A stretch of 64,000 bases of DNA from Acidobacteriota bacterium (GTDB lineage: Bacteria; Acidobacteriota; UBA6911; RPQK01; JAJDTT01), in contig OZ253580.1 in assembly GCA_965263035.1 (NCBI GenBank), positions 2,848,001 through 2,912,000 of the forward strand, given 5' to 3'. Positions 7,789 through 17,626 of this stretch are shown in pieces. Each line of letters begins with the position of its first letter. The stretch's first letter is position 1. Position numbers and translations under genes: made by a program. The notes under the pieces were generated by a model. It did not search any database. It was given only the letters and a program-made list of their open reading frames with translations, and was not told the origin of the DNA.

Positions 7789-10700
7789 ATGAACTCAGTA
7801 TCCGAATACCTCAAGGGCAAGACACTGTTCATCACCGGAGCCACCGGCTTCCTGGGGCAGTGCCTGGTCGAGAAAATCATCTGGGCGGTACCGGACGTCG
7901 AGCGCGTCTACGTCCTGATCCGCCCGCGAACGAACCTGCGCGGCGCGGTCGTGACCGCCCAGATGAGGTTGGAACGGGAACTCTTCCAATCCAGTTGCTT
8001 CGACCGCCTCCGGGGCAGGCTCGGTGACGGCTTTTTGGCCTTCCTGAAAGAAAAACTGGTCGCGGTTTCCGGAGACTTGTCCAGGGACGGCCTGAACATC
8101 GACGAGCCGACGCGGCTTCGCCTTCAGGGCGAGACCGACATCGTCATCAACAGTGCCGCCGTCGTCTCCTTCGACGCCCCGTTGGACGAAGCCTACCACC
8201 TGAACGTCCGGGGAGCTCAGCGCGTCGCCCGGTTCGCCCAATCCTGCGACCACTGCGTCCTGGTGCACGTTTCCACCGCCTACGTCTGCGGCGCCGCCGT
8301 CGGTTCCGTGCCGGAAACGATTCCGGGGGGATCGGTTCAGGGCGCTGGGCTCTTCCCGGCGCGAGCCTTCAGCGACGTGGATCTGGACATCGAACGCATC
8401 GAGACGATACTCACCTCGGTCCGGGAACGCGCCTATGCGCCCGAACTCGAGCGCGAATTCGCGGCGGCCCTGCTGCGCCGGTTCAAGCGGTCGAAGCGGG
8501 GCCGCAACGTTCGGAGACGGGAGAAGATCGAGAATCTCCGCAAGAAATGGATCCAGAACCAGCTTTCCCACGAAGGGATGCGCTGGGCTCGCGAGCGGGG
8601 CTGGAACGACACGTACACCTACACCAAGGCCATCGGGGAGCGGATGGTCTTGCGGACCCGGAACGGAGCTCCGACCATCATCATTCGCCCCTCCGTCATC
8701 GAGAGCGGTTTTTCCGAACCGAGCCCCGGATGGCTCGAGGGCCTTCGCATGGCGGACCCTCTAATTGCCGCCATCGGCAAGGGGCGCCTCCGGGCCCTGC
8801 CCCTGAGCCCCAAGGTCATCATCGACCTGGTGCCCGTGGATATGGTGGTGAACGCGCTGCTGGCGGCGCTCCCCGCCGTCTCGACCGCGACGGGCGTCCA
8901 GATCTACCAGGTGGCCACCGGGTCCTGCAATCCCATCACGCTGGGCTATCTCTACGATCTCATCTATCGCTATTTCAAGAGAAACCCCATGTTCGACAAG
9001 TCGGGGCGGCCGATCAACATCCGCCGCCTCCGCTTCCCGAAACCGACCAGCTTCCGTTTGCAACATCGACTCAAGGCGTTGCCCCTGAACGCGGCGGCCA
9101 GCATCTTGGACAAGCTCTCCGTATTCGAAGCGTTCGACGGCGCCCAGCGCTTCAACCGCCGCCTTTCGGCCCTGAAGGCCGCTCATGAGAAGCTGTATTA
9201 CTTCGGAGAAATCTACGAACCGTATCTGAACCTGAATTGCCGCTTCGGAGTGGAGAACACGCTGGGCCTTCTGGACACGATGCCCCCCGAGGAGCGGGAA
9301 GTCTTCAACTTCGACGTGACGCGCCTGAACTGGCGCCACTACGTTCAGAACATCCACATCCCAGGGGTCAAGAAATTCATTTTGAAGATGGAGGGAGCCG
9401 GAACGCTGGAACTGGATGTCCAACCGTCCGGTGAAGGCCAATCCGTCTCGACCATCAACGACCTCCTGGCATACAGCGCATCCCGGTACTCCGAGAAGAC
9501 CGCGCTTCGGATGCAGCGCGCCGGTGAGTGGATCAGCTATACGTACGCGGATCTCCAGCGCCGGGCCCGGACCGTCGGCCGGCAACTCCAGATCGAGGGC
9601 CTGGTCAAGGGCGACCGAGTGGTCCTTTTTGCGGAAAACCAGCCGGACTGGGGCGCCGCGTACCTGGGTGCAGCTTCCCGGGGCGTCGTGGTCGTTCCCC
9701 TCGATGCCCAGGCGTGGCACCGTGAGGTCTGGTCCGTCGCCCGCTTCACCGAGGCCCGTGCCATCCTGGCTTCCGATCGCACGATCGAGCGGCTGACGCC
9801 CGGCAGCCTGGCGCGGAATGAAGCCGGCGAGACCCCAATTCGACTCCTGAACATCAACGACCTGGCCCAACCGTTCGACCTTCCGCAATACCCCGGAAGC
9901 ACCGGAACGGCGGCCCCTGTTCCCGAGCCGCCCGGCGACCGCCCGGTGAGAGTCGAAGCCGAGGATCCGGCTTCCATCATCTTCACCACCACCACGGCAG
10001 CGGACCCCAAGGGGGCCGTTCACACTCATTCCAGCTTCCTCAGCAATCTCCACGGCATGAACCGTTATCTGGCGGCAGAGGAGACGGATCAGATCCTTTC
10101 AGTACTCCCTCTTTACCATGCTCTGGAGTTCACGTGCGGCTTCCTGTCCCCCCTGTACGGGGGCGCGACCATCACCTACCTTCACTCCCTGAAGCCGCGA
10201 GTCATCCTGAAGACCATGCGGGAGACGGGCACCACCTGCATGTTGGGCGTCCCCAGTCTCTACGCACTGATCCGGGACGACATCAACCGGCGCACCCTGC
10301 GCGCCTCCAAGTCACCTCTGAAGTCCAACCTGGTGGCCAAATCGCGCCAGCTCAGCAAGTCCATCGACAAGACCTTCGGCAAGAACCTGGGGCGCCAGAT
10401 CTTCGCTCGGGTCCACCAGGAATTCGGGGGCAAGATCCGAGCATTCGTCAGTGGCGGTTCTTCTCTGGGCGACGAACTCTACGATGACTTCAAGGCCTTG
10501 GGCCTGACCATCTACGAGGGCTACGGGCTCACCGAGACCGCGCCGGTCCTCACGGTCAATCCGTTGAATCGAAGCCGTCGGGGCTCGGCCGGCAAGCCGT
10601 TGCCCGGGACCGAGTTGCGGATCTTTCGGGCCAATGACCGGGGAGAGGGCGAGATCATCGTCCGTACGCCCAGCCTTATGAAGGGCTATTACAAGAACCC

Positions 10701-12159
10701 GAAAGCCACCCGGGCCGCGATGCGAGACGGCTGGTTTCACACCGGTGATCTGGGGTGGGTGGACGAGGACGGGTACCTCTACATTACAGGGCGCAAGAAA
10801 AACGTCATCGTCACAGGCGCCGGCAAGAACGTCTACCCCGTGGACCTGGAGGCCATCTACCGCAACGTTCCGGCCGTCGAAGACATCTGCGTGGTGGGAA
10901 CGCCCAAGGGACTGACCGAAGACGTCCATGCCGTGATCGTGCCCAAGAAGGAGATATTGCGGGACGTGGCGATGGAGGAATGGCCGCGGGCCATGAAGCG
11001 GGCCACTCGCGCCCTGGCCCGCCAGCTCCCGGGCTATCAGCGGCTGCAGCACATCCATCTTGCGGAAACGCCCCTACCGCGGCGCGGTGACGGGTCTCTC
11101 GCCCGCGACGTGATCCTGCAAAACGTGCGCCGAAGCCTCGCCCGCTCTCAGGCTCGCGGCGGACCGGGAGCGCGTCCCCGGGACAGTGACGTCGCAGCGG
11201 AGCTGACTCGGGAGCTGAGCCGCATTTCCGGGATTCCCGCAGCGGAAATCACGCCCGAATCTCATCTCTACACCGACGTGGGCCTGGATTCGCTCGCCGC
11301 CATGGAGCTGCTGATTCAACTGGAGCACCGGTTCGGCATCTCGCTATCGGAAGAGCGCGTCGCCTCCCTGGTGAGCTTTGGCCATCTGGTCGATGCGGTG
11401 AAGGAGAGCAAGGCGGCGACTGTGGCCGGACGCACCGACACCATCGCCGTCCGGTCCACCTTGCCATGGTCACAGCGCCCGTCCGTAGACCGCGCCCTCC
11501 TCGGCCTCTCCTTCTCCGCTCTGCGGCTCCTGTACGCAAGCTACTTCCGGCTGCAGCTGCGTTTTCCGGAACACCTTCCCCGTGAGGAGGCCTACATCAT
11601 CGCCGCCAACCATTCCAGCCATCTGGACAGCGGCGCCATCATTGCCGCATTGGCGGGGGCGCTGGGACCAAGCCAAGCCAGGAAGCTCCATCTTCTCGGG
11701 GCCCGCGACTACTTCTTCAACAATCCCCTTCGCGCCTGGTTTTTCAGCACCTTTCTCAACGTGGTGCCCATCGAACGGGAGGAGACCTCGCTGGCGGGAC
11801 TCCGCACCATCCAGACGATCCTGCAGGAAGGCGAACCCGTTCTCATCTTTCCGGAGGGGACGCGGTCCCGCACCGGGGAACTCCGATCCTTCAAGCCGGG
11901 GCTGGGCCTCATCGCCCGGGAGCTCAGGGTGCCGATCGTCCCCACTCACATCGACGGCACCTATCGGGCCTTCCCGGCGGGACGCTACCTTCCCCGTCCG
12001 GGACGGCTGGCGGTGACATTCGGCAAACCGATCAGGACCGAGCAATACTTCACGGACGGCGTCGATGAGTCCCGCGTCCGCCTCTACCGAAAGATCGCCG
12101 GGGACATCCGCGAGCATGTCATCCGGTTGGGGGACGGGGTCCGGGAGGAACCGGTTTGA
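7789..12159 (+). CDS. ElbD-like multidomain protein: fatty acyl reductase + AMP-binding + ACP + PlsC-type acyltransferase
   Basis: TGATGFLG and YTYTK (reductase); YGLTE and TGDLG (adenylation); GLDSL (ACP serine); NHSSHLD and FPEGTRS (acyltransferase). Confidence 0.85.
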   Translation: MNSVSEYLKGKTLFITGATGFLGQCLVEKIIWAVPDVERVYVLIRPRTNLRGAVVTAQMRLERELFQSSCFDRLRGRLGDGFLAFLKEKLVAVSGDLSRDGLNIDEPTRLRLQGETDIVINSAAVVSFDAPLDEAYHLNVRGAQRVARFAQSCDHCVLVHVSTAYVCGAAVGSVPETIPGGSVQGAGLFPARAFSDVDLDIERIETILTSVRERAYAPELEREFAAALLRRFKRSKRGRNVRRREKIENLRKKWIQNQLSHEGMRWARERGWNDTYTYTKAIGERMVLRTRNGAPTIIIRPSVIESGFSEPSPGWLEGLRMADPLIAAIGKGRLRALPLSPKVIIDLVPVDMVVNALLAALPAVSTATGVQIYQVATGSCNPITLGYLYDLIYRYFKRNPMFDKSGRPINIRRLRFPKPTSFRLQHRLKALPLNAAASILDKLSVFEAFDGAQRFNRRLSALKAAHEKLYYFGEIYEPYLNLNCRFGVENTLGLLDTMPPEEREVFNFDVTRLNWRHYVQNIHIPGVKKFILKMEGAGTLELDVQPSGEGQSVSTINDLLAYSASRYSEKTALRMQRAGEWISYTYADLQRRARTVGRQLQIEGLVKGDRVVLFAENQPDWGAAYLGAASRGVVVVPLDAQAWHREVWSVARFTEARAILASDRTIERLTPGSLARNEAGETPIRLLNINDLAQPFDLPQYPGSTGTAAPVPEPPGDRPVRVEAEDPASIIFTTTTAADPKGAVHTHSSFLSNLHGMNRYLAAEETDQILSVLPLYHALEFTCGFLSPLYGGATITYLHSLKPRVILKTMRETGTTCMLGVPSLYALIRDDINRRTLRASKSPLKSNLVAKSRQLSKSIDKTFGKNLGRQIFARVHQEFGGKIRAFVSGGSSLGDELYDDFKALGLTIYEGYGLTETAPVLTVNPLNRSRRGSAGKPLPGTELRIFRANDRGEGEIIVRTPSLMKGYYKNPKATRAAMRDGWFHTGDLGWVDEDGYLYITGRKKNVIVTGAGKNVYPVDLEAIYRNVPAVEDICVVGTPKGLTEDVHAVIVPKKEILRDVAMEEWPRAMKRATRALARQLPGYQRLQHIHLAETPLPRRGDGSLARDVILQNVRRSLARSQARGGPGARPRDSDVAAELTRELSRISGIPAAEITPESHLYTDVGLDSLAAMELLIQLEHRFGISLSEERVASLVSFGHLVDAVKESKAATVAGRTDTIAVRSTLPWSQRPSVDRALLGLSFSALRLLYASYFRLQLRFPEHLPREEAYIIAANHSSHLDSGAIIAALAGALGPSQARKLHLLGARDYFFNNPLRAWFFSTFLNVVPIEREETSLAGLRTIQTILQEGEPVLIFPEGTRSRTGELRSFKPGLGLIARELRVPIVPTHIDGTYRAFPAGRYLPRPGRLAVTFGKPIRTEQYFTDGVDESRVRLYRKIAGDIREHVIRLGDGVREEPV

Positions 12160-12202
12160 CCCGGCAGGCCACGCCCCTCTAGAATGGCGTCCTTCTCTGG
12201 CC

Positions 12203-12294
12203 GGAGAGGTGCTGGAGTGGCTGAACAGGGCTGCCTGCTAAGCAGTTACTCGGGGGAACCTGGGTCGGGGGTTCGAATCCCCCCCTCTCCGCCA
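12203..12294 (+). tRNA. tRNA-Ser (GCT)
   Basis: GGAGAGG/CCTCTCC acceptor stem, CTGCTAA anticodon loop, long variable arm, GTTCGAATC, encoded CCA. Confidence 0.95.
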
Positions 12295-12329
12295 CCCGCC
12301 TGCCTTCACTCTCCTCTTTCCTGTGTTTC

Positions 12330-13133
12330 TCAGAAACGGAACACCAACAAGAACTGAGGAATCACTTCGTCCGCGTCCTCGAAGCCGAACTTGTTGATCC
12401 AGACGTGCATTTCGACCCCTGCGAAGATCCGGCCCGGGCGCTTGGCGATTGCCTTGCCCACGTCGAACCGCAACTGCGGCTGAAGCAGGACCCAGTAGGG
12501 TGCGCGGGTCCCGAACTCGGTGTCTCGCGGGCTCTGCCATTCTCCGTGCCCCTCGAAAGAGAACGACCCGCCGGCGATCTCGAAGGGCAGGCCCCAGTTG
12601 AAGTCGACAAGATGGCTGTTGCCTTCCTTTGGGGCGCCGCCGGCCGCAACTCCCTGGTTGCGATCCACCAGATACACGTAATCGACGTTCGCAAAGGCGA
12701 AACCGGCAAGATCGAGCTGGAACCGGAAACCGGGGCCGATCTTGAGAACCTTTGCCTGAGCTCCCCAGTTCAGCCCCCCCAGGGGACCGATCCCCCGGAT
12801 GCGCCCCCAAGACAGTTTCTGTCCGGTGATCGATCCCAGGTCGAAGTAGGGATACCACTCCATGTAGATATCCCGGTCCGCACTCGACCCCGAGCAGCAG
12901 ATCATGTCCACGAAGAAGAAGTTCTCTCCGTGGCTCCAGCCGCTGGCGTGCTGAAGGGTCAGAATATTCTGAAACCCACTGGGGCTCACCAGGTGAGGCC
13001 GGAGTGCGCTGCCACCCTGGTAATGAGCCTCGGTAACGCTCCACCCCTGGGCCAGAACGTCCCCCTCGAACACCAGTGGACAAACCGCAATCAGAACCAG
13101 GACGACGCTGCAACGGCGGCTCGTCTTCTTCAT
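12330..13133 (-). CDS. Tsx/OmpK-like nucleoside-channel outer membrane protein
   Basis: signal peptide, TLQHASGWSHGENFFFVD, WINKFG, C-terminal Phe typical of beta-barrels. Confidence 0.65.
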   Translation of the reverse strand: MKKTSRRCSVVLVLIAVCPLVFEGDVLAQGWSVTEAHYQGGSALRPHLVSPSGFQNILTLQHASGWSHGENFFFVDMICCSGSSADRDIYMEWYPYFDLGSITGQKLSWGRIRGIGPLGGLNWGAQAKVLKIGPGFRFQLDLAGFAFANVDYVYLVDRNQGVAAGGAPKEGNSHLVDFNWGLPFEIAGGSFSFEGHGEWQSPRDTEFGTRAPYWVLLQPQLRFDVGKAIAKRPGRIFAGVEMHVWINKFGFEDADEVIPQFLLVFRF

Positions 13134-13188
13134 GGCATGCAATGGCTACAAATTCGGTGCGGACCTCTGGACGCCGCGCTGTGGCCTT

Positions 13189-13857
13189 TCAGTGCGCCGC
13201 CGGTTTCCGCTTCCAGGCAAATTTGCCGATCAAGGGTACGAAAATACATCGTTCCGCGCGGCTGGTTCGATATCCGTCTCCCCCCCGGGTCACGATGTGC
13301 AGGACCTGCGAAAAATCCCGTCCCACGGGGATCACCAAGCGCCCTGTTTCGCTCAGCTGCAGCAGCAGGGGCTCGGGGATTCTGGGAGATGCTGCGCCGA
13401 CGATGATGCTCTTGAACGGTGCGCATTCTTCCCAGCCCAGCGTCCCGTCGGCCACTCTCACTTGGACATCCTGATACCCCAGCTCGGCGAGCCGATTCAC
13501 CGCCTGGTTGGCGAGTTCCGGGATCCGTTCCACGGTGAAGACCTGAGCCTTCATGGTCGAAAGCAACGCAGCCTGATACCCGCTTCCGGTCCCTATCTCC
13601 AGCACCCGGTTGCCCGGGGACACCCTCGCCGCCTGAACCATGGCGGCAATCATGTAGGGCTGACTGACGGTCTGATCATGGCCGATGGGAATGGGGCCGT
13701 CATCGTACGCCCGCTCAACCCATTTGTCAGGCACGAAACGATGACGGGGGACTTCCAGGAACGCCTCCAGGATCCTGCGGTCCCGGATGCCTCGGGCTCT
13801 CAGTTGCTTCTCCACCATCTTGCGGCGTTCCGGGCCGTAGGATGCGCGTCGTTTCAT
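13189..13857 (-). CDS. pcm: protein-L-isoaspartate O-methyltransferase
   Basis: VPRHRFVP, QTVSQPYM, VLEIGTGSGYQAA, GRLVIPVG, FVPLIG. Confidence 0.95.
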   Translation of the reverse strand: MKRRASYGPERRKMVEKQLRARGIRDRRILEAFLEVPRHRFVPDKWVERAYDDGPIPIGHDQTVSQPYMIAAMVQAARVSPGNRVLEIGTGSGYQAALLSTMKAQVFTVERIPELANQAVNRLAELGYQDVQVRVADGTLGWEECAPFKSIIVGAASPRIPEPLLLQLSETGRLVIPVGRDFSQVLHIVTRGGDGYRTSRAERCIFVPLIGKFAWKRKPAAH

Positions 13858-14636
13858 GCCGCTCCCCGGCAGAATGACCTCCGATGAACCGGCGTCCTCC
13901 CATATTTCTCGATTGCCCGACGGTGCTGTCTGGTCGGGTAGCCCTTGTGGCGGGCAAATCCATATTCCGGATACACGCGGTCCAGCTTGATCATGATCCG
14001 ATCCCGATGGGTCTTCGCCAGGATCGATGCCCCGGCTATTGAGAAGTGCCTGCGATCCCCGCCGACGCAGGTCTCCTGCGGGATCTCGAGGTCCGGAATC
14101 CGGCGGCCGTCCACCAGAGCAACCTCCGGCGCCGGCCGGAGAACTGCGACGGCCCGCTTCATGGCCAGAAGACCGGCATGGAAGATATTCAGCCGGTCGA
14201 TCTCCGGCACCGACGCCTCTCCGATCCCCATGGCCACCGCGTCTCGGGAAATGATCTCGGCCAGCTCGTTGCGGCGGGCGCTCGAGAGTCTCTTGGAGTC
14301 GTCCATCCCGCAGATTTCAGTGCCCGGTTGGAAAATCACCGCGGCAGCGACGACCGGTCCCGCCAGCGGGCCCATGCCGGCTTCGTCTACGCCGGCGACC
14401 CGTACGGTCCCACTCCGCCACAGCCCTCGCTCCTTTTCCAGCATCGAATTCAACCGGCGGCTCTCCGCTCGGGCTGCGGCTCTCGCTCGCGCCAGGCGAC
14501 GCCCAAGACGCCGCACGCCGACTCTCGCGTCCCCCGCCAAGGTGGACAGGACCGCGGAAGTCACCCGGACTTCACCGGTGGCGAGGACTTCCCTGATCTG
14601 GGACAGGGTCAACCGAGACAGCTCCAGTGCCACCAT
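13854..14636 (-). CDS. rnhB: ribonuclease HII
   Basis: AGVDEAGMGPLAGPVVAAAV, DDSKRL, ASILAK..RD, HKGYPT, HRRSF. Confidence 0.95.
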   Translation of the reverse strand: MVALELSRLTLSQIREVLATGEVRVTSAVLSTLAGDARVGVRRLGRRLARARAAARAESRRLNSMLEKERGLWRSGTVRVAGVDEAGMGPLAGPVVAAAVIFQPGTEICGMDDSKRLSSARRNELAEIISRDAVAMGIGEASVPEIDRLNIFHAGLLAMKRAVAVLRPAPEVALVDGRRIPDLEIPQETCVGGDRRHFSIAGASILAKTHRDRIMIKLDRVYPEYGFARHKGYPTRQHRRAIEKYGRTPVHRRSFCRGAA

Positions 14637-14756
14637 GTAGTTCGCCACTCCAGCCGATTTCGACACGCATGAGCTCGGCCAGGGCACCGGCAGGCAGGGA
14701 ATGCGAAAAGGCCAGATCTTTTTCGGGTACCCGAAAGTCCATTATAATGCCCCGTT

Positions 14757-15506
14757 GTGAGCACCGGCAATATCGGCCTCCTGGGCTTTGGGCGCTTTGG
14801 CCAACTGGTCTACCGCCACCTGCCCGCCGGTAAGGTCGCCGGCGTATTCGATCAAGATCCCGCAAAACTGGCCGGCTTGTCCGATGCCGCCACCCTGGAG
14901 CAGGTTCTCACGGCCAAGTACATCATTATCGCCACCCCCATCTCCGCCATCGACCCCGTCTGCAAACAGATTTCTCCGAGCCTCAGGACCGGCCAAGTGA
15001 TCGTGGACACCTGCAGTGTCAAACAATATCCCGTCGACTGCATGTTGTCCCGCCTCCCCGCCGGGATTCAGATTCTGGGCACCCACCCCCTGTTCGGACC
15101 CGACAGCGGCAGGAATGGAATCGGGGGCATGAAGATCGCAGTCTGCCCGGTGCGAATCGAGTCCGCGAATTACGACCGCATACACGTCTTTCTCCACGAC
15201 CTCGGGTTGGAGGTCATCGAGACGACGCCGCGGGAGCACGACCGCAGACTCGCTCGCACTCAAGCCATCTTCCACCTCATCTCCCAGGCGCTGAAGGAGT
15301 TGGATTGGCGGGGGCAGCGACTCTCCACACCGGGCCCGGCTGCCTTCTATCGGCTGGCCGAAACCGTTCAGAACGACACGGCAGAGCTGTTTCTGGATAT
15401 GGAGCGGCGCAACGTCTACGCCCGCGCGTACCGGCGACAGTTCATCAGCAAACTGGTCGAGATCGACGAACTTCTCTCCCGGGGCGAGACGTCCGATCCG
15501 GCTTGA
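14757..15506 (+). CDS. tyrA: prephenate/arogenate dehydrogenase
   Basis: GLLGFGRFG Rossmann motif, DTCSVK, THPLFGP, EHD. Confidence 0.85.
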   Translation: MSTGNIGLLGFGRFGQLVYRHLPAGKVAGVFDQDPAKLAGLSDAATLEQVLTAKYIIIATPISAIDPVCKQISPSLRTGQVIVDTCSVKQYPVDCMLSRLPAGIQILGTHPLFGPDSGRNGIGGMKIAVCPVRIESANYDRIHVFLHDLGLEVIETTPREHDRRLARTQAIFHLISQALKELDWRGQRLSTPGPAAFYRLAETVQNDTAELFLDMERRNVYARAYRRQFISKLVEIDELLSRGETSDPA

Positions 15507-15512
15507 GAAATC

Positions 15513-16196
15513 ATGAGCGCCGAAGCAGTGCACCTGTCGCAGCGCCTTCGTCTGGCCGCAGGGAGTACGGCCGGGTGGGCCCTGATTTGGAGCCTTGGCA
15601 CACTCCTTCGGTATCGAGTCGAAGGTTGGGAACACTTTGCCCGGTTAAATCGCCGGGGCATTCCCTTCATCTTCAGCTTCTGGCACAACCAGATCTTTTG
15701 CGCCACCCATTTCTGGCGATTCCGGGAGATCGGCGTGATCACCAGCCAGCATGCCGACGGGGAGTACATGGCTCGCATCATTCGCCGATTCGGGTACTTT
15801 CCGGCCAGGGGATCCAGCCGTCGGGGCTCTACCCAGGCTCTCCTCCAACTCAAACGCCATCTGGCCGACGGCCGGCCCGTGGGTTTTGCCGCCGACGGAC
15901 CCGTGGGCCCGGTCTACAAGGTCAAGCCGGGGCCGCTCTGGCTCTCCATGAAGACTGGGGTTCCCATCCTTCCGTTCCACATCCAGCCTCGCCGATTCTG
16001 GGCAGGGTCCGGTTGGGACGGATTTCGAATCCCCAAGCCCTTCTCCCAAGCTCTGGTGAAGATCGGACAGCCGCTCCTTGTACCCCCCGAACAATCCGCC
16101 GCGGACTGCCTGACCAGGTATCAGGAAACAATGGACGCCCTCAAGGAATACTGCGAATCCTACCCCTGGAGCCGGAAGAGCCGCCTGGAGGGCTGA
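15513..16196 (+). CDS. DUF374 / lysophospholipid acyltransferase family protein
   Basis: FWHNQI, SQHADGE, RGSSRRG, DGPVGP, WDGFRIPKPFS. Confidence 0.8.
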   Translation: MSAEAVHLSQRLRLAAGSTAGWALIWSLGTLLRYRVEGWEHFARLNRRGIPFIFSFWHNQIFCATHFWRFREIGVITSQHADGEYMARIIRRFGYFPARGSSRRGSTQALLQLKRHLADGRPVGFAADGPVGPVYKVKPGPLWLSMKTGVPILPFHIQPRRFWAGSGWDGFRIPKPFSQALVKIGQPLLVPPEQSAADCLTRYQETMDALKEYCESYPWSRKSRLEG

Positions 16197-17625
16197 TACT
16201 GACGTCGCGCTGGAAGAAGAACATTTTCCAGGTAGGGATTTCCAACAGGGCTATTCGAAAATTGTATCGTCCCGGCCGTGCGAACAGCTTGTTGGTGTAG
16301 ATGATTCCGCGGCCCGATCGGAGCTCCTTCCTTTCCAGGGTGGCCCTGAAGAACTCTCTCATCCTTACGACTTCCCGCCCGTTCGCATCCACCAGCTGGC
16401 CGATGATTCCCAATTGGGTTCGCACATCTCCTCCCTTCTCCCGAGACAGCGTATGGGGGCTGATCTTGATTCGGAAGGGCAACCCGACCTTGCCCGCGAT
16501 CTGCCCCCTGGGCCGGAGGATGTCGACATCGGCACCCAGCTCGTACCGTTCCAGACCCTCGTCCTCGGGTTGTCCCAGCTCGACCTCGCTGAAGAACAGG
16601 GCCTCGATGAACTTTTTCTTGGCGCGGAGACGGCCGGGTGCCCGAGTGAACGGACGCGACACCAATAAATTGGAGTTCGGAGTGGTGACCACTGCCGGCG
16701 AGTCGGGATCGATCCCCGGCGCCGCGTCGCCGTAGACACCAAGGGAGTAGAGGTTGCCGAAAACGTCGTCGTTAATTCTTGCCAGAGTGGAATCGAAATC
16801 CAGGATGGTTTCGATTCCGCTGAAGTGCATTCCACCGGTCTTCGCGGCCAAACGCGCGAAGGCGGCTGCCTTCTCCTCAGCCTTCGGGTCCGCCGCAGCG
16901 ATGAGGCCCGGCGCCGTCGGCAGCGCCGTCGCCGACGGAACCAGAATGGTATAGATTCTCACATCCTCGCGCAGGGCCAGGGCTGCGGTCCGCTCCGCTC
17001 GGCGGTAGGCATCGTCCATCCCGTCGGATACCAGAATCAACACCTTTCCGTCGCCGGGCCTCGCCCGGGTGCCGAGCGGTGCAAGCAGTGCCTCCACCGA
17101 CTGGTAAATTGCGGTTCGCCCCTGGTGCGGGCGGGCCGCCGCGAAGGCCTTTTCCGCAAGTTCCTTGCGGGAGGTGAACTCTTGAAACACCAGCAACTTG
17201 TCGGTAAACCCGAAGACGCCGATCTGGGTGAACAGGTGGATGTTGTCCAAGAAGTTCTGGGCGGCCATGATCTCCTCCGCCCTGGTGCCAAAGGTGCTTC
17301 CACTCACGTCCAGAAGAAAGGCTATCCAGAGGCGACCCAGATCGGGTGTCTGTTTTCGCGGGGGCCGAAAAAAGACGATCTCCCTTTCCGCTCCTCCCTG
17401 GATAACGCGGAAGTCCTCCTGCGTCAGGGAGTTGACCAACCTGTTCCGGGAATCTCTGACGGTGAATCGAAGCAGAACCAGATCCACTCTGACCCGGATC
17501 GCTTCGTCCTGAGCCTGGTCCTGTGGAATCGCCCAAGTCGGACCCAGCCAGATCCAGAGAATCGGGGCCAGGGTCAGCCGCCTGAGCTGCCCCCACCGTC
17601 GCCGACTCCGGATCTCACGTTTCAT
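16141..17625 (-). CDS. exported VWA-domain protein (Acidobacteria-type)
   Basis: signal peptide, IRVRVDLVLLRFTVRD..LTQEDF, MIDAS motif DVSGS, TAIY, SDGMD. Confidence 0.75.
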   Translation of the reverse strand: MKREIRSRRRWGQLRRLTLAPILWIWLGPTWAIPQDQAQDEAIRVRVDLVLLRFTVRDSRNRLVNSLTQEDFRVIQGGAEREIVFFRPPRKQTPDLGRLWIAFLLDVSGSTFGTRAEEIMAAQNFLDNIHLFTQIGVFGFTDKLLVFQEFTSRKELAEKAFAAARPHQGRTAIYQSVEALLAPLGTRARPGDGKVLILVSDGMDDAYRRAERTAALALREDVRIYTILVPSATALPTAPGLIAAADPKAEEKAAAFARLAAKTGGMHFSGIETILDFDSTLARINDDVFGNLYSLGVYGDAAPGIDPDSPAVVTTPNSNLLVSRPFTRAPGRLRAKKKFIEALFFSEVELGQPEDEGLERYELGADVDILRPRGQIAGKVGLPFRIKISPHTLSREKGGDVRTQLGIIGQLVDANGREVVRMREFFRATLERKELRSGRGIIYTNKLFARPGRYNFRIALLEIPTWKMFFFQRDVSISPPGGSSGSRGRIRSIP

Positions 17626-17626
17626 T

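Noticed and set aside
1860-12202. F420 plus ElbD block as a tRNA-integrated island
   Set aside because: Both tRNA 3' ends point away from the block; no integrase, no duplicated tRNA end and no obvious composition shift.
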